IMG/VR virus record: IMGVR_UViG_3300005805_000125
Coordinates: 1 to 50,205 of that record
Length of the DNA stretch: 50,205 bases
DNA from: a virus
Lineage: Duplodnaviria; Caudoviricetes
Direction: 5' to 3' (one strand)
How positions within the stretch are numbered: position 1 is the first letter of the stretch; every line of letters begins with the position of its first letter. The notes beneath the pieces are model-generated. The model was not told the origin of the DNA. It made no database searches and saw nothing but the letters and a program-made list of their open reading frames with translations. Shown piece by piece: positions 26,231-35,277 of the stretch. A program made the position numbers and the translations under genes.

Positions 26231-27400
26231 TTATACCTTATTTAAAATATTTGTTATTGAATCAATCTCATCAAATGTCATTGAAGGAAAATTACCAATA
26301 TAGAACCCATAAAAATGAACATGTTCAGTATTTGGATAATTCAAATAATGTCCATCAGGAACAATACCTTTAAGATATGGCTGGCGCAACTGATTGCCTC
26401 CTCCTGCACTACCTCTTCGGTATTCTATACCATATGTTTGCATTGTATTCATCAATCTTGTAACATACTCAGGATCTTTTTTCAATAACAATAAATTAAA
26501 AGCGTAATTACTAGACCCAATTAATTTAAAGTCAGTTGCAAATCTATTCATATCTAATTTTCTTAGAAATCTAAAATGGTTTTCATTACGCATTTTAACA
26601 TTTTCATCTAACTTTGTCAACTGTTTTCTACCAAGTATGCCGCCCAACTCTGTGTTACGCATGTTGTAGGCTGCATGAGCAAAGATAAAATCTGGATTTA
26701 ATTCTGGATTCTCTTTAACATATTTTGATTTTCTACTTGGATTATTAATCTCACGAACCATGCCATGTGATCTAAGCATACGGAGTGTTTCATACACTTC
26801 AGGGTCATTTGTGCATACCATGCCACCTTCAATTGTTGTCATATGATGTGCATAATAAAAAGAAAAGTTAGACATTAATCCAATGCTACCTAACAATCTG
26901 TTACCATGGCTTGCACCATGAGATTCACAAACATCTTCAATTAAAGGGATATTTTGATCAGCTAATTCGTAAATAAGTTTATCTGTTAATGCATTGAAGC
27001 CTTGAATATGACTTAGAAATACAGCTCTTGTTTTTGGTGTGATAGCATCCAATATTTTTTGATTATTCATACCCAATGTATCTAAATCAATGTCCACAAA
27101 AACAGGAGTAAAACCACATTGAATAACTGATGCGATATCAGAAACCCATGTTAGAGGAGGAACAATAACTTCTCCACCTTCCGGATGTTTAATTTTCAAA
27201 ACCGTCATAGACAAAAGATTAGCAGAGGCTCCTGAATTAACAAAAACAGAATAGTGAACACCCAACCATTTTGACCATTCATCTTCAAATTTCTTACAAT
27301 TTGGTCCATTGGTTAAAATTGGATCATCTTGTTTTAGATGTTCAATCATTGCATCTAAATCTGATCTACTAATATTATTACGCATTAAAGGGTATTTCAT
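26231..27400 (-). CDS. DegT/DnrJ-family PLP enzyme, ColD/RfbH(E1)-like 3-dehydratase
   Basis: VNSGASANL, EDVCESHGA, and SFYYAHHMTTIEGG with His at the usual Schiff-base Lys position. Confidence 0.82.
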   Translation of the reverse strand: MKYPLMRNNISRSDLDAMIEHLKQDDPILTNGPNCKKFEDEWSKWLGVHYSVFVNSGASANLLSMTVLKIKHPEGGEVIVPPLTWVSDIASVIQCGFTPVFVDIDLDTLGMNNQKILDAITPKTRAVFLSHIQGFNALTDKLIYELADQNIPLIEDVCESHGASHGNRLLGSIGLMSNFSFYYAHHMTTIEGGMVCTNDPEVYETLRMLRSHGMVREINNPSRKSKYVKENPELNPDFIFAHAAYNMRNTELGGILGRKQLTKLDENVKMRNENHFRFLRKLDMNRFATDFKLIGSSNYAFNLLLLKKDPEYVTRLMNTMQTYGIEYRRGSAGGGNQLRQPYLKGIVPDGHYLNYPNTEHVHFYGFYIGNFPSMTFDEIDSITNILNKV

Positions 27401-27407
27401 TATAACC

Positions 27408-28397
27408 TCACGATTTTAAAACAAGTTGAGTTCCATCTACATCAAACTTAAATGGTATCCAAACTTTAATTGAATTCATTTTTTGTTTAAACATTTTTTG
27501 TTTCTCAGGAGGAACTAAAAACAAAAAGAAACCTCCACCTCCAGCTCCCATCAGTTTACCACCTAGTGACCCACATCTAATTGAATTGTGATATATGTTA
27601 TCAATCCAAGATTCTGTTACACCATCAGCCAATTCTCTTTTTAACGACCAACTGTCATGTAATAAATCACCTATTGTTTTCATGTCAGATTCTTTTATTA
27701 GACAATCAATTGCTTTATTACTAAGTTCACTAATGTTATCAAGAAAATTATTTGTACTACCTTTTTTAATATTTTCTACTTGTTTTTTGGAAACACTTTC
27801 TGAAATTCTACTGACACCAGAGAATCCTATCATAACATAATTTTCAAGCTCTTTACGGTAATCATACGATAAAGGTAAAGCACTAGATTGCCAAGACACA
27901 CCTGGACCCATTTCAATTAAACGAATACCTCCATGAGCAGCCATAATTTGATCTTGTATTCCAACATTTTCACCTATTATGTTTTGCTCAACGAAAATGG
28001 CTTCTCTTGATAATCTTTCACGGCTAATTTCTTCGCCTTTTAATACATGTAATGCATGTAACAATCCAACCGTAAAAGATGAGCTTGAACCTATACCAGA
28101 TCTAGCTGGTAAATCTCCATCATATGCAATAGAAATGCCGTTTGGTATATTCATATATTTCAAACAAGCTTTTACTGATGGGTGATTAATTTCTGAAAAT
28201 GTATTAACACTTTCAATTTTAGAATACACAACTTGATTTTTATGTTCAAAGAAGGGTGGCAATACTTTAACGGTAAAATAACAATAGTTAGCTATAGCAG
28301 CTGAAACTACCCGGCTAGGTTTATTTTCAAACCATGCTGGATAGTCTGTACCGCCACCAAACAATGATATTCTATATGGCGTTTTGGTTATAATCAT
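27408..28397 (-). CDS. GHMP-family sugar kinase, HddA (heptose-7-phosphate kinase)-like
   Basis: TPYRISLFGGGTD, DLPARSGIGSSSS, GIQDQ, GGKLMGAGGGGF. Confidence 0.88.
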   Translation of the reverse strand: MIITKTPYRISLFGGGTDYPAWFENKPSRVVSAAIANYCYFTVKVLPPFFEHKNQVVYSKIESVNTFSEINHPSVKACLKYMNIPNGISIAYDGDLPARSGIGSSSSFTVGLLHALHVLKGEEISRERLSREAIFVEQNIIGENVGIQDQIMAAHGGIRLIEMGPGVSWQSSALPLSYDYRKELENYVMIGFSGVSRISESVSKKQVENIKKGSTNNFLDNISELSNKAIDCLIKESDMKTIGDLLHDSWSLKRELADGVTESWIDNIYHNSIRCGSLGGKLMGAGGGGFFLFLVPPEKQKMFKQKMNSIKVWIPFKFDVDGTQLVLKS

Positions 28398-28402
28398 AAA
28401 AA

Positions 28403-30238
28403 TTATTCACTAGTTAATACCGGATTAACCACATCTGGCATCGCTGGTGTTTCCCATCCTTCAATTGGTTCAATGTACATATTAGATTTAAATTCTGCTC
28501 TATCAATATATGGGTACATATCTTCAATTGGTGTGCTCCAACCAAAAATTCTAGGTTCATATGTGTGATATTCATCAATATCCAAATCACACACAACTGA
28601 TTCGTCAGACTCTAAAATTTCAGAAATTGTTTTCTCAACATCACCTGGATTTTTTAACGATACAGTTTTAATCCCGTATGCATTACAGATATCAATAAAA
28701 TTTGGTGGTGAATATCCTTTTGGCCCACAAGCTTCTGCTCGGCCTTGGAAGTTTGTTTCTTGATATGCTTTTGTAATGCCGTAAATATGATTATTCATAA
28801 TGAAAGTTTTAATTTTACAACCATAATTTTTGATTGTTTGTAACTCTTGAAGGTTCATATTAAAACCGCCGTCACCAATAATACAAACAATAGTTTTTTC
28901 AGGAGCTGCAAACCAAGCACCAATTGCCGCAGCAAAAGAAAATCCCATTGGAGAGTTACCATTATTTGTAATGAAGTGTTGTCCCAATTTGGTTTCAAAT
29001 GCCTGTGATGCAATGACAATGTTACCACCACAATCAGCAACAATTACACCATCATTTTTAATTTGTTCAGCAAGCTGCCGCATGAACCGGTAAGGGTGAA
29101 TTACTGTTGTTGATGATCCAAAATTTGGCTTTACTGGATCATATTTAACTTTCCATTCTTGAGCCTCTTTCAACCAATCATTGTGTTGAGGTTTGTATCC
29201 TGTTTCAATAATTAATTCTTTAAGTATTGATAGAAACAACTTGGCATCAGATTTAATATTTACATCAAAAGGAACTTGTTGCAATTGAGGCTGTAATTGT
29301 GCTTCATCAATATCAACCATAATTTTTTTGGCATTTCTAGCAAAAGAAGATACATTACCTCCTGTAATACGGCCTGAAATTCTTGATGCCACAGAAATTA
29401 ACAGATCACTATTTTGAATAGCAAAGTTTCTTCCTGCACCACCATATGTACCAACACGACCACAATATGTTTCTAGGTCACTAGTAACAATATCTAATGC
29501 ATTCCATGTTGGAAATGTAGGCACTTGCAACAATTTAGAAACTTCTTGTAGTAAAGGAATAGCTTGTGCATTTTTTACTCCACCACCAACTAAAATAACT
29601 GGTCTAGTTGATTTCTTTAAATCTGCCAATAATTCTAAAACTAAAGATTTGATTCTTTTTTCATCGTACTCAGTAGTGTGAATGCCTACATCAAACCCAA
29701 TTTGTTTTTCTGGATCAATTAATTTCTTTTGTAAATCAAGAGGCACATCAAGAAGAACAGGACCTGGTCTTCCAGATTTAGCTAGATGAATTGCTTTTTC
29801 AATTTCATACTTAACTGTATTAGGATCAACAAGCATCTTAGCATATTTTGTAATTGGTTTAACAATTGAAACAATATCCGTTTCTTGAAAACCAATCTGA
29901 CGCAATGATTCATCAGGCCTCAAAAACTTACTGTTGATTTGACCTGTAATGAAAATTGCAGGAACAGAATCATAGAAACAGTTACCAATTGGTGTAACAA
30001 AGTTCATACCGCCAGGACCACTTGTTGCAATAGAGACACCAATCTTACCTGATGTTTTTGCATAAGCTTCAGCTGCAAAACCACCAGCCTGCTCGTGCAT
30101 TACAGCAACATAAGAAGTTTTTTCTGTTCGGGTGAAAGCATCAATAAGATCACCGTTTGCAGCACCATAGACAACAAACATCTTATCAATGCCTTCATCG
30201 GCCAATTTATTAATTATATAATCTGCAATTTTTATCAT
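28403..30238 (-). CDS. ThDP-dependent acetolactate-synthase-like enzyme (YerE-like by context)
   Basis: HEQAGGFAA, TSGPG, GRPGPV, and the GDGG-x(n)-NN ThDP-binding motif. Confidence 0.88.
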   Translation of the reverse strand: MIKIADYIINKLADEGIDKMFVVYGAANGDLIDAFTRTEKTSYVAVMHEQAGGFAAEAYAKTSGKIGVSIATSGPGGMNFVTPIGNCFYDSVPAIFITGQINSKFLRPDESLRQIGFQETDIVSIVKPITKYAKMLVDPNTVKYEIEKAIHLAKSGRPGPVLLDVPLDLQKKLIDPEKQIGFDVGIHTTEYDEKRIKSLVLELLADLKKSTRPVILVGGGVKNAQAIPLLQEVSKLLQVPTFPTWNALDIVTSDLETYCGRVGTYGGAGRNFAIQNSDLLISVASRISGRITGGNVSSFARNAKKIMVDIDEAQLQPQLQQVPFDVNIKSDAKLFLSILKELIIETGYKPQHNDWLKEAQEWKVKYDPVKPNFGSSTTVIHPYRFMRQLAEQIKNDGVIVADCGGNIVIASQAFETKLGQHFITNNGNSPMGFSFAAAIGAWFAAPEKTIVCIIGDGGFNMNLQELQTIKNYGCKIKTFIMNNHIYGITKAYQETNFQGRAEACGPKGYSPPNFIDICNAYGIKTVSLKNPGDVEKTISEILESDESVVCDLDIDEYHTYEPRIFGWSTPIEDMYPYIDRAEFKSNMYIEPIEGWETPAMPDVVNPVLTSE

Positions 30239-31752
30239 TCTGTCTCCAATAATTTTCTTTTGAGTTTAATCTTTCGGGTTTCATTTAATTCGTTAACGGC
30301 TTTATCACCAAATTTTGTTTTAACCATGTTTAGATAATTTTCATTTGAATGATAAATGTCCCATGCATAATCCCTAAAGGATAAAATTTGTGCGGCTGTT
30401 AAGTTCTCACTTGCCAAATTCAGAGTATCATATGAATGTTGACTATATCCTGAATATGTTTTTGGTAAATCTATGTTAAATAATCTAGCTTGATTGTGTA
30501 AAGGACTACCAGGATATGCCATGGCAGAATACATATTAGTCATTTCCGTTGGATTTTCTAATGCAAAATCAAGTGTTGCTTGCATTGATTCTTGTGTGTC
30601 AAATGGCAAACCAAATATGTAATTACCTGCAATGTTGATACCAGCTTCACGAATAACTTTAAATAAATCTAAAATTCTAACCTCTTGAAATCCTTCTTTA
30701 TGAATTTCTTTTCGTAGGTCATTGTTTGGGTTTTCAATACCTAAACCCAACCAATTTACTCCGGCCTTTGCAAGTTTATCTAGATACTTTGGTTTACAGG
30801 TATCAACTCTTGAATATGCCCAAATGTTAAAATCATATCCTCTTTCAATAATCAGATCACAAATAGCCTCAAAGTGTCTTGGATTTAACACAAATAGTTC
30901 ATCAGCAATCTTTACATTCTTAACGCCCTGTTCAGCAATGTAATCAAACTGTTTAATAATAAATTCAGGAGACCACCAACGGAAAATATTACTATCTTCT
31001 GATGAGACATTTGAACCTTGTTTTGTTCTATTGATAATGTTAATCATACAAAATGAACATTTGTACGGACATCCAAGGCTGGTATAAAGTGCAGCAAATG
31101 GTTGTTTTTCAGTATCGTTTGTCCAAGAATGCCACCCAGCTGTTCTGTATCTAGAAAGTGGTGGTAATAAATCCCATGCCATTCCAGGCAATTCAACCTC
31201 AAGAGAACTTCTTGGAACAATTTCAGAAGGTGGATTTAAACAAATTTGATTATCGCTTGTTCTAAAAACCAACCCATCAATTTTCTTTAAGTTGTGTTCG
31301 TCAAATGAGGATAGTTTTAACAAATTTTGAATTGTATATACGCCTTCATTTTGACAAACGGCATCAATGAAACTTTCTTTTTCAAGTGTTTCAACTGGCA
31401 ATGCAGCAACATGCCCGCCAACAAACAATACAAAACTATTCGGTTCAAGGTTTTTTAATTCTCTTGCCGTTGCAGTAGCACCTTCCATGTTTTGAGAAGA
31501 TGCAGATGGTTGTTGGCCATATACAACAAAACAAACAACCTTAGCTTTGTATTCAGTAATTCTTTTAGCAGCTGAAAGATAATCTAAACCTTCAACCTCT
31601 GCATCAAGAATTTCTGGCCTGAATCCTTTACTTCGCACACTATTGGCCAACATTGCTGCCCATATAGGTGGTTCAATTGCTGCATTGTTTTTCGCAAGGC
31701 CTTGGTATATGACCTCAGATGCATTTGGATGCACAAAAAGAATGTCAATCAT
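30235..31752 (-). CDS. Cobalamin-binding radical SAM protein (class B methyltransferase-like)
   Basis: N-terminal B12-binding-like domain (VGGH), CPYKCSFC (CxxxCxxC), GIE, YIFGLP, YPGS. Confidence 0.88.
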   Translation of the reverse strand: MIDILFVHPNASEVIYQGLAKNNAAIEPPIWAAMLANSVRSKGFRPEILDAEVEGLDYLSAAKRITEYKAKVVCFVVYGQQPSASSQNMEGATATARELKNLEPNSFVLFVGGHVAALPVETLEKESFIDAVCQNEGVYTIQNLLKLSSFDEHNLKKIDGLVFRTSDNQICLNPPSEIVPRSSLEVELPGMAWDLLPPLSRYRTAGWHSWTNDTEKQPFAALYTSLGCPYKCSFCMINIINRTKQGSNVSSEDSNIFRWWSPEFIIKQFDYIAEQGVKNVKIADELFVLNPRHFEAICDLIIERGYDFNIWAYSRVDTCKPKYLDKLAKAGVNWLGLGIENPNNDLRKEIHKEGFQEVRILDLFKVIREAGINIAGNYIFGLPFDTQESMQATLDFALENPTEMTNMYSAMAYPGSPLHNQARLFNIDLPKTYSGYSQHSYDTLNLASENLTAAQILSFRDYAWDIYHSNENYLNMVKTKFGDKAVNELNETRKIKLKRKLLETE

Positions 31753-31781
31753 AAAATTCCTATTATATAAGTCAGTTCAAC

Positions 31782-31810
31782 ATAATACACTATCACACGG
31801 TATTTGTCAA
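31782..31810 (-). promoter_or_regulatory. Sigma70 promoter heading the sugar cassette and gp55-47-46
   Basis: TTGACA-17 nt-TATTAT; AGGA RBS before the radical SAM start. Confidence 0.72.
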
Positions 31811-31813
31811 GCT

Positions 31814-32203
31814 TTATTTGGTAATATTTAATTCACTTGTTACTTTGTCTAATAATACTAAAACTCTTGTCTTATAACCAAAACCCAACATACCCGATTT
31901 CTCACCATGTTCATATGGTGGTACTTTACCAATACTTGTGTATTGTTCCGATGTTAAGTCAATGATGTTGCCGTTTCTGTCAACTATCCACCAGTGATAG
32001 ATTTCTCCATCAAATCCTCGGTGCATGTGCATTGCCTTGGGGCCAAAGAGTTTGTACAAACAACCTGATGCTGTGTGGCAATGACCAAAGGTTGGATTGC
32101 GAGAATTTCGTTCTCGCCATTTCTTGGCAATCAAATCTGGTGTCAAGTTCTTTCGTATGAGCTTTGAGACCAAATCTAGGTTTTCATCGTTATATTCTAA
32201 CAT
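31814..32203 (-). CDS. Hypothetical protein, putative Cys-His-Asp (transglutaminase/YunG-like) fold
   Basis: GHCHTAS...YHWWIVD...IIDLTSEQY. Confidence 0.55.
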   Translation of the reverse strand: MLEYNDENLDLVSKLIRKNLTPDLIAKKWRERNSRNPTFGHCHTASGCLYKLFGPKAMHMHRGFDGEIYHWWIVDRNGNIIDLTSEQYTSIGKVPPYEHGEKSGMLGFGYKTRVLVLLDKVTSELNITK

Positions 32204-32209
32204 AGTATT

Positions 32210-32237
32210 ATTATATCACCTTTCCTCAATAAAGCAA
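32210..32237 (-). promoter_or_regulatory. Sigma70 promoter, probably giving a leaderless mRNA
   Basis: TTGCTT-16 nt-TATAAT with TG extension; ATG 6 nt after the -10 box; no SD sequence. Confidence 0.6.
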
Positions 32238-32318
32238 GCTTATTAGGAATACTTTAGCATCATTACCGTAAACACCACTTGACATGTGATATCATAGCGG
32301 TGTTGATGTTTGAATATA

Positions 32319-32729
32319 TTAATGTAGGTATTTCCTAAAGGATTGGATGGTTGAAAGTTCTTCTAAGGCTTCTTCAATGTCCTCTTCATCTTCTTCTCCA
32401 TCTCCTTCAAAGTTTTCTACATCATCGTCATATGATAGAAGCATGTCTTGGGTTACATCATTTACGGTATTATTATAGTGCCCTATAATCTTTTCTCTAG
32501 GTTGGAATACCGATAATATGTCTTGAACAAATAACTTGGCAGAAACATTGTCTATCAATTCTAGTGGTAACCAAGGACACATTAACATGACAGCTTTACC
32601 GGTTGGTAATCGTTTAAACATCAATGACATAGGGTTAGTTAACAATACTGTACCTTCACCTTCATCTTCTTGATAATTAGCAATGATATCTTCACCATTT
32701 TGTAATCTAACTATTTTAATGTTATCCAT
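32319..32729 (-). CDS. Conserved T4-like hypothetical protein downstream of uvsW (Sm-like, acidic tail)
   Basis: IKIVRLQNGEDIIA...NPM...PWL; overlaps the uvsW stop. Confidence 0.75.
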   Translation of the reverse strand: MDNIKIVRLQNGEDIIANYQEDEGEGTVLLTNPMSLMFKRLPTGKAVMLMCPWLPLELIDNVSAKLFVQDILSVFQPREKIIGHYNNTVNDVTQDMLLSYDDDVENFEGDGEEDEEDIEEALEELSTIQSFRKYLH

Positions 32730-34185
32730 TTTTAATCTCTATGTTATATAGCTTGTAGCTAAATTTTTCATCATCATATAATTTCAATCTTTCAATAAGA
32801 TGTTTTAATGTATAATTTGTGTGTTTACCAATTCTAAAGTCATCAGATATATCAAACAAAACTGCTTCTTCTTTATCATCACCTAATCTTAATCCTCGGC
32901 CTATTGATTGAAGATTACGAATTTTAGATTTAGATGGGCTTGCAAATATAATATTATGTAGGTTACGAATATTTATCCCTGTAGAAAAAGTACCGTATGA
33001 AGCCACAATAATAGCATCTTTTTCCTTTTCAGTAATTGCACGAACTGATTCCCGAACCTCAACTTCAGTACCACCAAAAACAAAAAACACATGCCTATTT
33101 TTTGCGTGTTCTTTAATGAGGGCATGTAAATCTTTACCATGTTTTTCTACAAGTTGAAACAATACCAATGTATTACCTTTAAGTGATAATACCAAGTTTT
33201 TAATAAAATCATTTCTTGGTTTGCTCTTAACTATATATTCTATCTCAGAATTATAGTCCCAATCTTTAGATTGTTTACAAACAGTTTCATCATACTTTAA
33301 CACTAAGCATTTAATTTTAAATGATGCAAGCTGTTTTTTATCCATTAATTCTGAAGTAGATGTTGCTTGATACACAGGCCCAAATAACCCTTCTAGTACA
33401 AGGCGATGAGTTTGACTTCCATCTAAAGTACCAGTGCAACCTATACGATATTTGGTATTAGTTGTACCAGTCATAATGGTTGTTAATGATTTAGCTTTAA
33501 ATTGATGTGCTTCATCACCAAGAACAAAATCATACTGTTCAAAGTATTCTGGTGGATTTTTATATATGGATTGCCAAGTTGTAATTGTCAGAAATTTGTC
33601 AGTAACTTTATCTTTACCAGCGTACTGTCTATGACAATGTTGTTCTGAATCATAACCGTAAGACTTAAAATCCGTATACATTTGTTCAACCAAAGATGTG
33701 GTTGGAACAATTAACAATCCTTTTTTTTGTGTTTGCTGAATATACCTTAATATCAAATATAATATTAAAGATTTACCTGAAGCTGTTGGTGATAAAAGTA
33801 AAATTCTTTTATTACGAATTGCATGAACAAAAGATTTTAATTGATAATCACGAGGTTCAAATGGCAAACCAAGTGTCTGCATAAAGTCGTTGGCTTCTTT
33901 TAAAGAGTAATTGTCTGTGACTGTTATCTCAGAGTCAATCTCAATTTTGTAATCTCTATCTTTACAAAACTTTTCAATATAAGGAACCAATCCATGGTAA
34001 ATTTCCATGGTTCTTAAATCAAGTAATCTTATTTTTCCATCCCAATATCTTGCTTTAAATGCAGGAGTATATTGATAACCTGGAACAAAAAAGCAAAAGT
34101 AATCAGAAAGTTCTTGTGCTACATTTCTTTCTGATATTACTTTGATAAAGGCTTCGTTAACCTTTTCTAATCTAATATCAATCAT
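32722..34185 (-). CDS. uvsW: SF2 DNA helicase UvsW
   Basis: PRDYQ, SPTASGKS, GDEAH, TGT, QSIGRGLR; likely start MIDIRL at 34185. Confidence 0.96.
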   Translation of the reverse strand: MIDIRLEKVNEAFIKVISERNVAQELSDYFCFFVPGYQYTPAFKARYWDGKIRLLDLRTMEIYHGLVPYIEKFCKDRDYKIEIDSEITVTDNYSLKEANDFMQTLGLPFEPRDYQLKSFVHAIRNKRILLLSPTASGKSLILYLILRYIQQTQKKGLLIVPTTSLVEQMYTDFKSYGYDSEQHCHRQYAGKDKVTDKFLTITTWQSIYKNPPEYFEQYDFVLGDEAHQFKAKSLTTIMTGTTNTKYRIGCTGTLDGSQTHRLVLEGLFGPVYQATSTSELMDKKQLASFKIKCLVLKYDETVCKQSKDWDYNSEIEYIVKSKPRNDFIKNLVLSLKGNTLVLFQLVEKHGKDLHALIKEHAKNRHVFFVFGGTEVEVRESVRAITEKEKDAIIVASYGTFSTGINIRNLHNIIFASPSKSKIRNLQSIGRGLRLGDDKEEAVLFDISDDFRIGKHTNYTLKHLIERLKLYDDEKFSYKLYNIEIKNG

Positions 34186-34619
34186 CAAACGCCTTGAATA
34201 AACCTTTCCCATTGGATAAAATCCCTCAACTGGAAAGTCCTACTATTTAATTCTTTAAGAATACTTTGACATATTTCAACGACTTCTTCGTATATAATTT
34301 TATTAGCCAAAGCCTTATTCAAATCCTCATCACTATCAAAATAGGTATTGATCTCTGATTTCAGTACAAACGGAAAAGGTTCCCAACCATAGTGTTTCAA
34401 TTGATCATCATCTAACTTACCAGTGTAATATTCCCATTTAATTTTTTTGATTTTATTGTATTTGAAATCGGCTTCTTTTGCCAATAGACGATGTTTAGAA
34501 AGTATAGTTAAATACTTACTGTGTAATTGCGGTATGTTTATTAGTTCTTTGCCTGGCTCTGTTCTGTCAATAACAGAATCTTTAGCCCACATATTTAATA
34601 ATTCATCAGTTTTATTCAT
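34185..34619 (-). CDS. uvsY: Recombination mediator UvsY
   Basis: WAKDSVID, IPQLHSKY, WEYYTGK, IQWERFIQG; gp3-uvsY-uvsW synteny. Confidence 0.9.
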   Translation of the reverse strand: MNKTDELLNMWAKDSVIDRTEPGKELINIPQLHSKYLTILSKHRLLAKEADFKYNKIKKIKWEYYTGKLDDDQLKHYGWEPFPFVLKSEINTYFDSDEDLNKALANKIIYEEVVEICQSILKELNSRTFQLRDFIQWERFIQGV

Positions 34620-34638
34620 TATAAAGCCTCCTAATAGG

Positions 34639-34667
34639 AGTGTACACTATTTAAAACAGTTTGTCAA
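34639..34667 (-). promoter_or_regulatory. Sigma70 promoter for uvsY-uvsW
   Basis: TTGACA-17 nt-TACACT, then AGGAGG RBS. Confidence 0.7.
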
Positions 34668-35190
34668 CATCAAAATAGGCATATCTGAATGTAGCATCGG
34701 CAGTAATGATACTGTCCGGTCCATCAGCGGTTGATACTACGAAAGTGGAAAGTGATGTGGGAAAAACATCATAAAATTTAAATTTATATATTGGATTATT
34801 AGCTGAAGATAGTATAGATAATGATGCATCTGAAAACTGAGGAGACAAATCTCCACGAGAATTAGCTACCTTGTTTAATTGAGGCAATCTTCTATATTCA
34901 TCAAAGCTTTCAGGGAAAGTCATTGCACGAATCCAATCATGTATTTCTAACCAAGCTTTTAATTCTTCATCAACAAGAAAGGTAACATTCAATACATCAT
35001 AAATTGCTTTTTCACCTGGTGAATACAAATCAACAAATGGTGTAGAGCGTTGAATTTCAGATAAAGAAATGCCTGGAACACTAACCGATTGGACAAAATA
35101 TTGGACATTCGGTGTTCTTCCAAAGTTTAACTGAAACTTATTTGGATGAAGAAAATTAGGATTAGTTGGATTTGAGTATACTGTTGTCAT
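34651..35190 (-). CDS. gp3: Tail tube terminator/completion protein (T4 gp3)
   Basis: NFLHPNKF, PGISL, FLVDEEL...WI, FYDVFPTSLS; follows gp23. Confidence 0.85.
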   Translation of the reverse strand: MTTVYSNPTNPNFLHPNKFQLNFGRTPNVQYFVQSVSVPGISLSEIQRSTPFVDLYSPGEKAIYDVLNVTFLVDEELKAWLEIHDWIRAMTFPESFDEYRRLPQLNKVANSRGDLSPQFSDASLSILSSANNPIYKFKFYDVFPTSLSTFVVSTADGPDSIITADATFRYAYFDVDKLF

Positions 35191-35195
35191 GTATA

Positions 35196-35203
35196 TATTT
35201 ATA
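35196..35203 (-). promoter_or_regulatory. T4 late promoter TATAAATA
   Basis: Exact consensus 5 nt before the gp3 ATG. Confidence 0.8.
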
Positions 35204-35205
35204 AG

Positions 35206-35237
35206 AAAAAAAAGAGGGACATTTCTGTCCCTCTTTT
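35206..35237 (-). terminator. Rho-independent terminator after the major capsid gene
   Basis: AGAGGGACA-GAAA-TGTCCCTCT followed by a long T-run; a second hairpin TTAGTCCT/AGGACTAA lies at 35241-35272. Confidence 0.9.
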
Positions 35238-35277
35238 AAATTAGTCCTTTTTAATAATTATTATAGGACTAAACAAC

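Noticed and set aside
28403-30238. Acetolactate synthase for branched-chain amino acid synthesis (ilvB)
   Set aside because: No regulatory subunit or other ilv genes; the context is entirely nucleotide-sugar enzymes.
32279-32295. Plus-strand sigma70 promoter (TTGACA...TATCAT)
   Set aside because: Spacer is only 5 nt; the sequence is better explained as part of a minus-strand hairpin.
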